From positions 12,497 through 76,496 of the forward strand of contig JBGTDA010000021.1 in NCBI GenBank assembly GCA_041748555.1: a stretch of 64,000 nucleotides of DNA, written 5' to 3'. Shown here piece by piece: positions 19,030 through 27,814 of the stretch (the first letter of the stretch is position 1; each line of letters opens with the position of its first letter). The notes beneath the pieces were generated by a model. That model had not been told where the DNA came from. It did not search any database and saw only the letters and a program-made list of their open reading frames with translations. Source of the DNA: Rhodonellum sp. GTDB lineage: Bacteria; Bacteroidota; Bacteroidia; Cytophagales; Cyclobacteriaceae. Position numbers and translations under genes: made by a program.

Positions 19030-20800
19030 TCCCGGAGACGGAAAGAATAGTTTTCAAATGATAAGGAATGGCTGCTTAATTTTTTTTATTCTGTTTTGCG
19101 CTGCTGAAGGAGTTGCATTGGCACAGACGCTTCCCGCCGGTTTCCCTGTTTTGGAGGAGGCACTGAGAAGAAAGCAGCTTTTAGGTGACTATGATTCCAA
19201 AGTTTCTTTTCTGCAAAGACCTGTTCCCATATTTGGGGAAAGGGATACCATAAGAGAACCTTTTGGGATTTTTCATATAGGAAACAAGGAACTCTTGAAA
19301 ATCACAAAACCCCCGAAGAAGTTTTTCGAAATATTGCCTGTCCTGAATACTACCAACTTTAATTCTAAAAGGCCTTACGGATGGGGAGATGGTGCGATGG
19401 TGCCGGGAAAAGGGTTTAGTAATATGGTTTCGACAGGTGTCTCAGGCAAATTTTATTTGTTGAAGTTTCAGTTTCGTCCTGAGTGGGTGGTCGGCCAAAA
19501 TTTGCCTTACCAGGGATTTTCTGATAGGTTTACAGACAACGAGACATTTGCCAGATTCAGGTTTTGGAATTTCGGAGATCATCCCGAATGGTTTTCCGGT
19601 ACATACAATTCATTTTATACCTTAGGCCAGTCTTTTTTGAGCCTTCAACTCGGGCCTGTGGATGTTGGGGTGTCCAACGAAAATATCTGGTGGGGTCCCG
19701 GACAGTTCAATGCTTTGATTTTCAGCAGAAATGCCCGAGGTTTTGAACATGCCTTTCTGAAGACCAACCGGCCTGTAGATATATACATCGGTAATCTTGA
19801 AGCTCAACTGATCTTTGGCAGGCTGGAGAGTTCCGGATTGGCTCCCTCCCAGAATCAGAATATGAACCGGCGGTTTTTCAGACCATTCACAGGAGATTGG
19901 CGGTATCTCAATGCCTTATCTGTTTCTTTCCGGCCAAAATGGTTGCCGCAATTTTATATTGGCATGAACCGCACCTTCCAACAATTCAGCAAGGATGTAG
20001 GATCTTCTTTCCAAGAAATTCTTCCCGTATTCGAGGTATTTCAGAAGGTGAAATTATTTGAAGACAGAAATTCAGTTTCCTATGATGCCAAGGCACAGGA
20101 TCAGCAGGTTTCTGTTTTTACCCGGTATGTCAATGTCAACGGTAACTTTGAAATCTATTTTGAATTCGGTAAAAGGGACCATAATTTCAATTGGAGAGAA
20201 TTTACCCTTAATCCGGAGCATGCCAGAGCTTATCTTTTTGGCTTTTCCAAACTGCTTCCAATTAACAAAGAGCCAGGCCGATATTTGCAGGTTAGAGGAG
20301 AATCGACCCATCAACAGGAATCCATCAACCGATATACACGCTATCCGGACCTACACATAGGAAATTCTAGCTGGCACACCCATTATCAGGTGAGAGGTTT
20401 TACCCATTATGGAGAATCCCTTGGTGTAGGAAGTGGAGTAGGGGCAAATGTCCAGACTTTGGAAGTAGCTGTAGTAGAAAAATTAAACAAGGTGGGTATA
20501 TTGTTGGAAAGGTTGGAAAACCATCAGGATTATTTCTATCGTGTTTTTGAAGGTCAAAAAGAACGAAGTCCTTGGGTGGATCTGAGTATTGGGTTACTTT
20601 TGGACCATCAGTGGAAAAGTTTATTATTTAGTTCGAAAGTACAATTTGTAAATGCACACAATTATCAATGGCAGCTTCAAGCCAACACTTCACCCGAATT
20701 TCCCAAACAACAAAAATTATTTTCTATTTTTGCCCAGGCTAATCTGATCTATTTTCTTAACCAAAAATCATTCAGGAAAAAACCGATAATCGAATGGTGA
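19016..20800 (+). CDS. wzi: Capsule-assembly outer-membrane protein (Wzi family)
   Basis: The likely start is the ATG at 19058 (MIRNGCLIFFILFCAAEGVALA|Q, a signal peptide). It has the Wzi-like motif NIWWGPGQFNALIFSRNARGF, alternating beta-strand character throughout, and an aromatic C-terminal residue (…IIEW) typical of OM beta-barrels. Confidence 0.65.
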   Translation: MIKFDPGDGKNSFQMIRNGCLIFFILFCAAEGVALAQTLPAGFPVLEEALRRKQLLGDYDSKVSFLQRPVPIFGERDTIREPFGIFHIGNKELLKITKPPKKFFEILPVLNTTNFNSKRPYGWGDGAMVPGKGFSNMVSTGVSGKFYLLKFQFRPEWVVGQNLPYQGFSDRFTDNETFARFRFWNFGDHPEWFSGTYNSFYTLGQSFLSLQLGPVDVGVSNENIWWGPGQFNALIFSRNARGFEHAFLKTNRPVDIYIGNLEAQLIFGRLESSGLAPSQNQNMNRRFFRPFTGDWRYLNALSVSFRPKWLPQFYIGMNRTFQQFSKDVGSSFQEILPVFEVFQKVKLFEDRNSVSYDAKAQDQQVSVFTRYVNVNGNFEIYFEFGKRDHNFNWREFTLNPEHARAYLFGFSKLLPINKEPGRYLQVRGESTHQQESINRYTRYPDLHIGNSSWHTHYQVRGFTHYGESLGVGSGVGANVQTLEVAVVEKLNKVGILLERLENHQDYFYRVFEGQKERSPWVDLSIGLLLDHQWKSLLFSSKVQFVNAHNYQWQLQANTSPEFPKQQKLFSIFAQANLIYFLNQKSFRKKPIIEW

Positions 20801-20931
20801 TTTTCAAAAGTGAAGACTAATTTTTCTTCCTTTTTATTTCGGTTTTCAATTGCAAATTTTAATCGAAGACACTAAAATAATTTAAAAATTTCATTCTTTA
20901 AAATTTAATAAACGTTTTAACTCTCACCCAA

Positions 20932-21816
20932 ATGAAAGGAATAATATTAGCAGGTGGATCAGGCACACGGTTATATCCCATAACAAAAGGAACCTCCAAA
21001 CAACTTTTGGCGATCTATGACAAACCCATGATTTATTATCCGCTTTCAGTTCTATTGTTGGCAGGGATCAAGGAAATATTGATCATCAGCACACCTTATG
21101 ATCTGCCTAATTTTGAGAAGTTATTGGGAAACGGCCAGGATATGGGGCTTCAGATCTCATACGCCGAACAGCCAAGTCCCGATGGTCTGGCTCAGGCTTT
21201 TATTATAGGAGAAGAATTCATTGGTGAGGATGACGTTTGTCTGGTTCTTGGAGACAATATTTTTTATGGACACGGCTTTACCCAACTTTTAAAGAGATCT
21301 GTTAAAATTGTGGAGAAAGAGAAAAAAGCCACAGTTTTTGGATATTATGTACAAGATCCACAACGTTATGGGGTTGTGGAATTCGAAAAAAACGGCAATG
21401 TTGTCAGTATTGAAGAAAAACCTAAAGAACCGAAAAGTAACTATGCAGTTATTGGGTTGTATTTTTATCCCAATTCAGTCGTCGAGATAGCAAATCAAAT
21501 CAAGCCCAGTGAACGTGGGGAATTGGAAATCACAAGTGTGAACCAGGAATATTTGAATCGGGGAGAACTAAAAGTGAAATTGATGGGTCGGGGTTATGCC
21601 TGGTTGGATACAGGCACCCACGAATCCATGCTTGAAGCCTCCAATTTCATCCATACCATTGAAAAAAGACAGGGATTAAAAGTTGCTTGTATTGAAGAGA
21701 TCGCTTTTGAAATGGGATATATTTCAGGGTTTCAATTATTGAAGCTCGCCGAGCCCCTTCAGAAAAATGAATATGGCCAGTATCTGATCAATAAAATTAA
21801 AAACCTAAAAGCATGA
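20932..21816 (+). CDS. rfbA: Glucose-1-phosphate thymidylyltransferase
   Basis: 294 aa. Motifs: the canonical N-terminus [18 protein letters not shown], then [30 protein letters not shown], and [15 protein letters not shown]. Confidence 0.95.
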   Translation: MKGIILAGGSGTRLYPITKGTSKQLLAIYDKPMIYYPLSVLLLAGIKEILIISTPYDLPNFEKLLGNGQDMGLQISYAEQPSPDGLAQAFIIGEEFIGEDDVCLVLGDNIFYGHGFTQLLKRSVKIVEKEKKATVFGYYVQDPQRYGVVEFEKNGNVVSIEEKPKEPKSNYAVIGLYFYPNSVVEIANQIKPSERGELEITSVNQEYLNRGELKVKLMGRGYAWLDTGTHESMLEASNFIHTIEKRQGLKVACIEEIAFEMGYISGFQLLKLAEPLQKNEYGQYLINKIKNLKA

Positions 21817-22685
21817 AAATATTGGTTACGGGTGCCAGGAGCCAGATTGGCCATGAGTTGTTGGTTATATCAAGAAATTATCCCTCCTGGACCTGGAGAT
21901 TTTTCACCAAGAAAGAAATTGATATCAGGGATGAAAATGATGTTATATCAGTATTGGCAGACTTCAAACCTGACGTAATCATCAATACAGCAGCATATAC
22001 GAATGTGGAAAAGGCCGACGCAGACCAAGAGGCGGCCCATAAAGTTAATGTGACTGGTCCATTTTTTTTAAGTAAATATGCAAAACAGGCATTGCTTATT
22101 CATATCTCGACAGATTTTGTGTTCCGGGGAGACCGAAACGTACCCTATGATGAGGACGACAAAACGGATCCTTTGAACTTTTACGGAATTTCAAAACTGG
22201 AAGGGGAAAATGCGGTTATAGAAAATGCCTCCCGCCACATTATAATACGGACTTCATGGTTATATGGAAGGTATCAAAAGAATTTTTTGAAGAACATGCT
22301 TAAACTTTCCAAATCTCGTTCCGAACTGAATGTGGTGGACAATCAAGTCGGAACGCCTACCTATTCCGGGGATTTGGCTGAGGCAATAGTAAAAATCATA
22401 AAAAACACGGACATTTCCAGTGGCATTTACCACTTCAGCAATGAGGGAGTGGCATCTTGGTATGACTTCGCACAGGCTATTTTTGAATACAGTGAAAAGC
22501 CAATAAAGTTGACCCCGGTACCGGCATCAGAATTTCCTAGTGCTGTCGAAAGGCCTTCATATAGTGTGTTAAATAAAGGTAAAGTCAAAAAAGCTCTAAA
22601 TATCGATATCCCCCATTGGCGGGAAAGCTTGAAAAAGGTTATTGGTCTGTTAGAAAATGGAGATCAATTTTTTAATAATCACTGA
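21813..22685 (+). CDS. rfbD: dTDP-4-dehydrorhamnose reductase
   Basis: 290 aa. Motifs: [41 protein letters not shown], and RTSWLYG. It overlaps rfbA by 4 nt. Confidence 0.9.
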   Translation: MKILVTGARSQIGHELLVISRNYPSWTWRFFTKKEIDIRDENDVISVLADFKPDVIINTAAYTNVEKADADQEAAHKVNVTGPFFLSKYAKQALLIHISTDFVFRGDRNVPYDEDDKTDPLNFYGISKLEGENAVIENASRHIIIRTSWLYGRYQKNFLKNMLKLSKSRSELNVVDNQVGTPTYSGDLAEAIVKIIKNTDISSGIYHFSNEGVASWYDFAQAIFEYSEKPIKLTPVPASEFPSAVERPSYSVLNKGKVKKALNIDIPHWRESLKKVIGLLENGDQFFNNH

Positions 22686-22975
22686 TTGAGTTAAAGATAG
22701 AACACTCATAATCCAGGTTTCACCGAAATATTAAATTCATGAAAAACAGGAATTTTGTCTTCGAGAAAATAAAAACTCCAAATCGGCAAAAATGTAAGAT
22801 TTTCTTCATTCATTTGTACTCCATAACTGTTGAGTAATTTAAGTACTCATATAGTTAAGCCCATTGGATCTGATTAAAAACAATTTCCCATTAATCTCAT
22901 CAAGTGTTTCACTCCCTTCCTCATTTATTTAAGCCCCAATATTTCAGTTATACCTTTGAAAATTCTGCGTGGTGA

Positions 22976-22990
22976 AATGAAAATTTCATT
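22976..22990. promoter_or_regulatory. Short perfect palindrome in the 427-bp block A/B spacer (possible operator)
   Basis: AATGAAA-A-TTTCATT (7-bp arms, 1-nt centre) lies ~125 bp upstream of the dehydrogenase start. It is AT-rich, so a chance occurrence is plausible. Confidence 0.2.
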
Positions 22991-23112
22991 GATTTGGAAT
23001 CTATTTGTATAAGCCGGTCTACGGTGAAAACAGAATTAAACTAAGTGCTATTTGGGACTGAAAGAGCGAAGCTTTATTTATAAAACAGCATATATACTTT
23101 TAAGACAAAAAA

Positions 23113-24432
23113 ATGACACACACATTAAAACCCCTTCAAGAGGCCAAAATAGCCGTTATCGGACTTGGATACGTTGGATTGCCTCTAGCCGTTGAGTTTG
23201 CACACAAATATTTTACTGTTGGATATGACATTGATCCAAAAAGAATCGCCGAATTAAAAAACGGAAAAGACAACACTCTGGAAGTAGAGGACGATAAGCT
23301 TCAATCGGTTTTGTTTCCGGACTTAAAGAGTCTCATCGAAAACAAAACGGGTCTTCTACCAAGTGATAAAGTTGCGGACATAGAAAGTTGTAACTTTTAT
23401 ATTGTGACTGTTCCTACTCCGACAGATAAACATAATAGACCAATATTAACGCCCATGCTTAAGGCATCGGAAGCCATTGGAAAAATCCTAAAGAAGGGAG
23501 ATGTAGTCATATATGAATCTACAGTTTACCCGGGTGTTACAGAGGAAGAATGCGTGCCTGTTTTGGAAAATGTTTCAGGATTGAAATTCAATGTTGATTT
23601 CTTCGCAGGTTATTCCCCCGAAAGAATCAATCCCGGAGACAAGGAGCATACAGTCGCCAAAATCCTGAAAGTCACCTCAGGCAGCACACCTGAAATAGCG
23701 GATTATGTGGATGAATTATACAGGACGGTAATTACAGCGGGAACGCATAAAGCCTCCTCAATTAAGGTTGCAGAAGCTGCAAAAGTAATCGAGAATTCCC
23801 AAAGGGATATCAACATCGCTTTTGTCAATGAGCTGTCCAAAATATTCAATTTGCTGGGAATTGACACCAAGGAAGTTTTGGAAGCTGCCGGAACCAAGTG
23901 GAATTTTCTGAATTTCAAACCGGGCTTGGTGGGAGGTCACTGCATAGGAGTTGATCCCTTTTATCTGGCTCAAAAGGCCCAGGAAGTAGGATATCATCCT
24001 GAAATCATTCTTGCCGGAAGAAGGCTGAACGACAGTATGGGCAAGCATGTGGCAACAGAAGTGATCAAGCACATGATGCGAAAAGATCTGAAGGTAATTG
24101 ATTCGAAGGTGCTGATATTAGGGTTTACTTTTAAAGAAAATTGCCCGGATGTAAGAAACACCAGGGTAATAGACATATTCAAAGAATTGAGATCTTTTGA
24201 TATGGATGTGGATATTTATGATCCTTGGGCAAACGTACAGGAAGTAAAGCGTGAATATGCAATAGATATCAAATCAGGGGAGGATGTTCCTGATCTGAAA
24301 CAATATTCTGCAATAATCCTTGCTGTATCACACAATGAATTTGCAAGATTCGAGATCAGAAAATCTGAGAACCAAGTTGTTTTTGATGTAAAAGGAATTT
24401 TGGAAAAAGAATTGGTCGATGCGCGATTATAA
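23113..24432 (+). CDS. UDP-N-acetyl-hexosamine 6-dehydrogenase (TviB/WbpO/VipA type)
   Basis: 439 aa, alignable by eye over nearly its full length with Salmonella TviB. Shared blocks: [123 protein letters not shown]. Confidence 0.9.
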   Translation: MTHTLKPLQEAKIAVIGLGYVGLPLAVEFAHKYFTVGYDIDPKRIAELKNGKDNTLEVEDDKLQSVLFPDLKSLIENKTGLLPSDKVADIESCNFYIVTVPTPTDKHNRPILTPMLKASEAIGKILKKGDVVIYESTVYPGVTEEECVPVLENVSGLKFNVDFFAGYSPERINPGDKEHTVAKILKVTSGSTPEIADYVDELYRTVITAGTHKASSIKVAEAAKVIENSQRDINIAFVNELSKIFNLLGIDTKEVLEAAGTKWNFLNFKPGLVGGHCIGVDPFYLAQKAQEVGYHPEIILAGRRLNDSMGKHVATEVIKHMMRKDLKVIDSKVLILGFTFKENCPDVRNTRVIDIFKELRSFDMDVDIYDPWANVQEVKREYAIDIKSGEDVPDLKQYSAIILAVSHNEFARFEIRKSENQVVFDVKGILEKELVDARL

Positions 24433-24555
24433 TGCACATAATATCATACGATTCTAAAAATCTTTATATTTTTCACTACAAAAAGTTTAAATTCAAAATT
24501 TATATTTTATTTTGCGTCCAAATCTTATACATCCCGCTTTTGCCCATTCCATATT

Positions 24556-25389
24556 ATGTCTCCTAAACCTTTCATAATTTCCCTTAACAGGATTTTTACG
24601 CTGATTCTTTTTTCAGCAAGCTGTATTTCCTGCATTTCCAACAAACAGTTGACCTATATGCAGGAACTTGGGGATACAAATGCCTTGGTATATTCCAGCG
24701 AAAGAATACCCTACAGCATGGAGGATTATTTATTGCAAAGCTTTGATATTGTAGAGATAAATATCAAAACTACCAGTCCTGAACTTAATGCTTTATTTAA
24801 TGTAATCGTTGGTGAAAACTCCAATAATGGAATGATGATGGGACAAAACGGAGGCGATATTTTCTTTATGAATGGGTATACCATTGATGAGTTTGGTATG
24901 GTCGAACTTCCCTTGGTAGGTGAAGTCATGTTTCGAGGTTTAACGGTCCATCAGGCAAAGGAACTAATTGCATCCAGTGTAAGTGAATATGTGAATGAGG
25001 ATGAATATTTTGTTCGGGTGAGGCTAGGTGGCATCAGGTTCAGTGCCCTGGGAGAATTTAATAACCCCGGTAAACAGACCGTGTTACAAAACAGAGTGAG
25101 TATTTTTGAAGCCATAGCAGTTGCAGGTGACTTAAATATTTTCGCCAAGAGAAATGAACTTGTCCTGGTAAGACAATACCCTGATGGATCCCAGATCCAC
25201 AAAATCAATTTAAATGACAGGAGTTTGTTAGGCTCCGATTATTATTTCATTAGGCCTAATGACATTTTATACGCAGAACCTCTTAAGGTTAGAGAAGTTG
25301 GTTCAGGAGGTAATTTCATACAATCACTCACCCTGGTGACAACAACCATAACCACTATTGCTTTAGTGTTAACATTAATTAGAAATTAA
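24556..25389 (+). CDS. wza: Outer-membrane polysaccharide export protein (Wza/OPX family)
   Basis: 277 aa. It has an N-terminal signal with Cys residues (LILFSASCISCIS, lipoprotein-like), a Poly_export region, an SLBB-like segment (GEFNNPGKQTVLQNRVSIFEAIAVAGDL), and a C-terminal hydrophobic helix (LTLVTTTITTIALVLTLI). Confidence 0.8.
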   Translation: MSPKPFIISLNRIFTLILFSASCISCISNKQLTYMQELGDTNALVYSSERIPYSMEDYLLQSFDIVEINIKTTSPELNALFNVIVGENSNNGMMMGQNGGDIFFMNGYTIDEFGMVELPLVGEVMFRGLTVHQAKELIASSVSEYVNEDEYFVRVRLGGIRFSALGEFNNPGKQTVLQNRVSIFEAIAVAGDLNIFAKRNELVLVRQYPDGSQIHKINLNDRSLLGSDYYFIRPNDILYAEPLKVREVGSGGNFIQSLTLVTTTITTIALVLTLIRN

Positions 25390-25393
25390 ATAC

Positions 25394-27796
25394 ATGCAAT
25401 CAGAAGAAGAAGAGTTTTTGTCTAAGGATGAAAACTCGTTTGATTATAAAACCTTAATTCCCAAAATCCTTAGGATCTGGCCTTTAATATTACTCTCTGT
25501 GATATTGTTTTCAGTCTCAGGCTACCTTTGGACAAAATTTTCCGTACCCATGCATCGGGTTTCGAGTTTGTTTTTCATTAAAGAAAAAGAATCGGCATTA
25601 ACCATTTTTGAAGCGCCCAGCATAATGGATAACGGTAATATAGGATTACAGAATGAAGTAATAATTCTAAAATCCAAACCTATTGCTGAAGCCACTTTGA
25701 GCAAATTGGATTTTGATGTGGAATATTATTTAAAGAACTCTTTTGCCCTTGATCTTAATCTGAGTAATTATTTAAACAATACTTTTGTAAATCAGGAGCT
25801 TTATAGGAATACTCCGATTATAGTGGAGGTGGACTGGAAATCACCACAAGTTATCAACGGTCTTTTTACAATAACCTGGAATAATGTCGATGAATTTTCT
25901 TTGGCATTTGAGGATGAGAATTATGATAAATTTTTACCCGATGGTACCCAAACTAAACTGGAAATTATTCCAGAGGATGAAGATTTTAGATTTGGGGAAT
26001 GGATTGAAAATAATCATTTCCGGATAAAAATCTCCAAGACAGGTGCGGAAACAAACGGGAAAATATTGGTTAAACTGAGGGATGTCAGCTCTTTGGTTTG
26101 GTGGTATTCCAGTAGTTTGAATATACAACCTGTTGAAAGGGCAGCATCAATCATCAATATCTCTTTGGTAACACCCCATTCAACAAAAGGACAGGTTTAC
26201 CTTAACACCTTAATGCAGACCTACATTGATTTAGAGCTTTCCCAAAAAAATGAAATTGCAGCAAATACAATTGCCTTTATAGATAGTCAGGTTGCGGGTG
26301 TAGCGGATTCGTTAAGGTTCTTTGAAGTACAACTGGAAAATTTCAGGTCTGACAATAAAATTTATGATTTAAGTTCAGAAAGTACCACTGTTTTTGAAAA
26401 TCTTACGGAATATGAACGTGAACTAAAGCAGGAACAGTTTAAAAGATCCTATTACCAAAATCTTAAGGATTACCTTTTGAGGGAAAATTATAGGGATTTG
26501 GTAGTTCCTTCAGGTTTGGGTATTGAAGACCCCATTCTGAATGCCTTAATATCCAACCTTATGGCTTTTCAGGTAGAAAAATCCAGATTGTTGGCTACTC
26601 AGACAGAGGCTTCTCCTGCAGTCAAAGAGGTAAATAGAAAAATACAGGATCTTAATGTTTCAATTCGGGAAATTCTTTCCAATGTTGATCAGAATTCTCT
26701 TTTGTTGATCCGGAATTTAGAAACGCGGATAGGTGAAATCGAACAATCCTTCAGAAGCCTTCCGCAAACAGAGCAGAATCTGATAAGGATTGAAAGGCAA
26801 TTTACCCTTAATGAAAATATTTATACGTATTTGATGCAAAAGCGTGCGGAGTCCGCTATAACCAAGGCTTCCAATACGGCGAATAACAAGATTATAGAAC
26901 CTGCGGCGGGTGCAGGTCAGGTGACTCCAAGGGCCCGACAAAATTATATATTTGCATTTTTGATGGGATTAGGCCTTCCTATTTTGTTGGTGGTTTCCAG
27001 AGAGTTTTTGAGAACGAAAATTGAAGACATAAAATTTTTGGAACAAAAACTTAGAGTACCTGTGCTTGCAACGATTCTGCTTAATAAAAAGGACAGCAAT
27101 TTGGTTGTTTTTGAACAGGGAAAGTCAGGAATTGCGGAAGGATTCAGATCACTTAGAGCCAACATTAAATTTATTCTTCCAAAAGAATCTCAATTGACCT
27201 TAATGGTCACTTCTACAATATCCGGAGAAGGAAAAACCTTTTGTTCAATGAATCTGGCTTCTGTTTATTCCTTGACGGGGAAAAAAACCCTATTGGTTGG
27301 GTGTGATATGAGAAAGCCTAAAATATTTGAAGATTTTGGGATTACCAATGACAAAGGGCTTTCGACCTTGCTAAGTGGACAGGAAGAGGACTGGAGAAAG
27401 GTAGTGAAGCCCACAAAATATGATAACCTTGATATTTTAGTGTCGGGTCCAACTCCTCCAAACCCTGCGGAACTATTGTTTACCGAAACCTTTGGGATTC
27501 TCATAAATGATTTGAAACAGAATTACGATATTGTTATTTTGGATACACCACCGGTAGGTTTGGTGAGCGAAACACTTGACCTTCTTGATCATGTTGACCT
27601 TACTTTATTCGTGTTTAGGCAAAACTTTAGTCAGAGAACTTTTGTGGAGGCCGTAAATGGATTGAAAACGAAAAAAGGAATTAAAAATGTATATGCAGTA
27701 TTCAATGGTGTGGACAGAAGTAAAGTGACATACGGATACGGTTACACATACGGTTATGGTTATGGCTATTATGATGATGATAAGAAAAAGGGATAA
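25394..27796 (+). CDS. wzc: Polysaccharide co-polymerase with BY-kinase domain (Wzc/PCP-2a)
   Basis: 800 aa. It has TM1 (LILLSVILFSVSGYLW), a long periplasmic coiled-coil domain, and TM2 (YIFAFLMGLGLPILLVV). The cytoplasmic kinase carries Walker A (TSTISGEGKT), Walker A' (LLVGCDMRKP) and Walker B (IVILDTPP), followed by a Tyr-rich tail. Confidence 0.9.
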   Translation: MQSEEEEFLSKDENSFDYKTLIPKILRIWPLILLSVILFSVSGYLWTKFSVPMHRVSSLFFIKEKESALTIFEAPSIMDNGNIGLQNEVIILKSKPIAEATLSKLDFDVEYYLKNSFALDLNLSNYLNNTFVNQELYRNTPIIVEVDWKSPQVINGLFTITWNNVDEFSLAFEDENYDKFLPDGTQTKLEIIPEDEDFRFGEWIENNHFRIKISKTGAETNGKILVKLRDVSSLVWWYSSSLNIQPVERAASIINISLVTPHSTKGQVYLNTLMQTYIDLELSQKNEIAANTIAFIDSQVAGVADSLRFFEVQLENFRSDNKIYDLSSESTTVFENLTEYERELKQEQFKRSYYQNLKDYLLRENYRDLVVPSGLGIEDPILNALISNLMAFQVEKSRLLATQTEASPAVKEVNRKIQDLNVSIREILSNVDQNSLLLIRNLETRIGEIEQSFRSLPQTEQNLIRIERQFTLNENIYTYLMQKRAESAITKASNTANNKIIEPAAGAGQVTPRARQNYIFAFLMGLGLPILLVVSREFLRTKIEDIKFLEQKLRVPVLATILLNKKDSNLVVFEQGKSGIAEGFRSLRANIKFILPKESQLTLMVTSTISGEGKTFCSMNLASVYSLTGKKTLLVGCDMRKPKIFEDFGITNDKGLSTLLSGQEEDWRKVVKPTKYDNLDILVSGPTPPNPAELLFTETFGILINDLKQNYDIVILDTPPVGLVSETLDLLDHVDLTLFVFRQNFSQRTFVEAVNGLKTKKGIKNVYAVFNGVDRSKVTYGYGYTYGYGYGYYDDDKKKG
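27731..27772 (+). other. C-terminal tyrosine cluster of Wzc (autophosphorylation tail)
   Basis: Residues 780-793 read YGYGYTYGYGYGYY (8 Tyr in 14 residues), followed by DDDKKKG. They are encoded by an imperfect TAC/TAT-GGN repeat. Confidence 0.8.
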
Positions 27797-27814
27797 TAAG
27801 TTCAATTATCTTCC

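Noticed and set aside
22739-22837. A 32-codon ATG ORF (MKNRNFVFEKIKTPNRQKCKIFF...) in the 427-bp spacer, considered as a leader peptide or small protein.
   Set aside because: There is no convincing ribosome-binding context, no hydrophobic or conserved character, and I cannot test conservation here. It is left as non-coding.
27731-27772. The imperfect TAC/TAT-GGN DNA repeat, considered as a slippage-prone VNTR or phase-variation tract.
   Set aside because: The repeat units are not identical at the nucleotide level (tac gga tac ggt tac aca tac ggt tat ggt tat ggc tat tat). The tract encodes the expected BY-kinase tyrosine cluster, so protein-level selection explains it.
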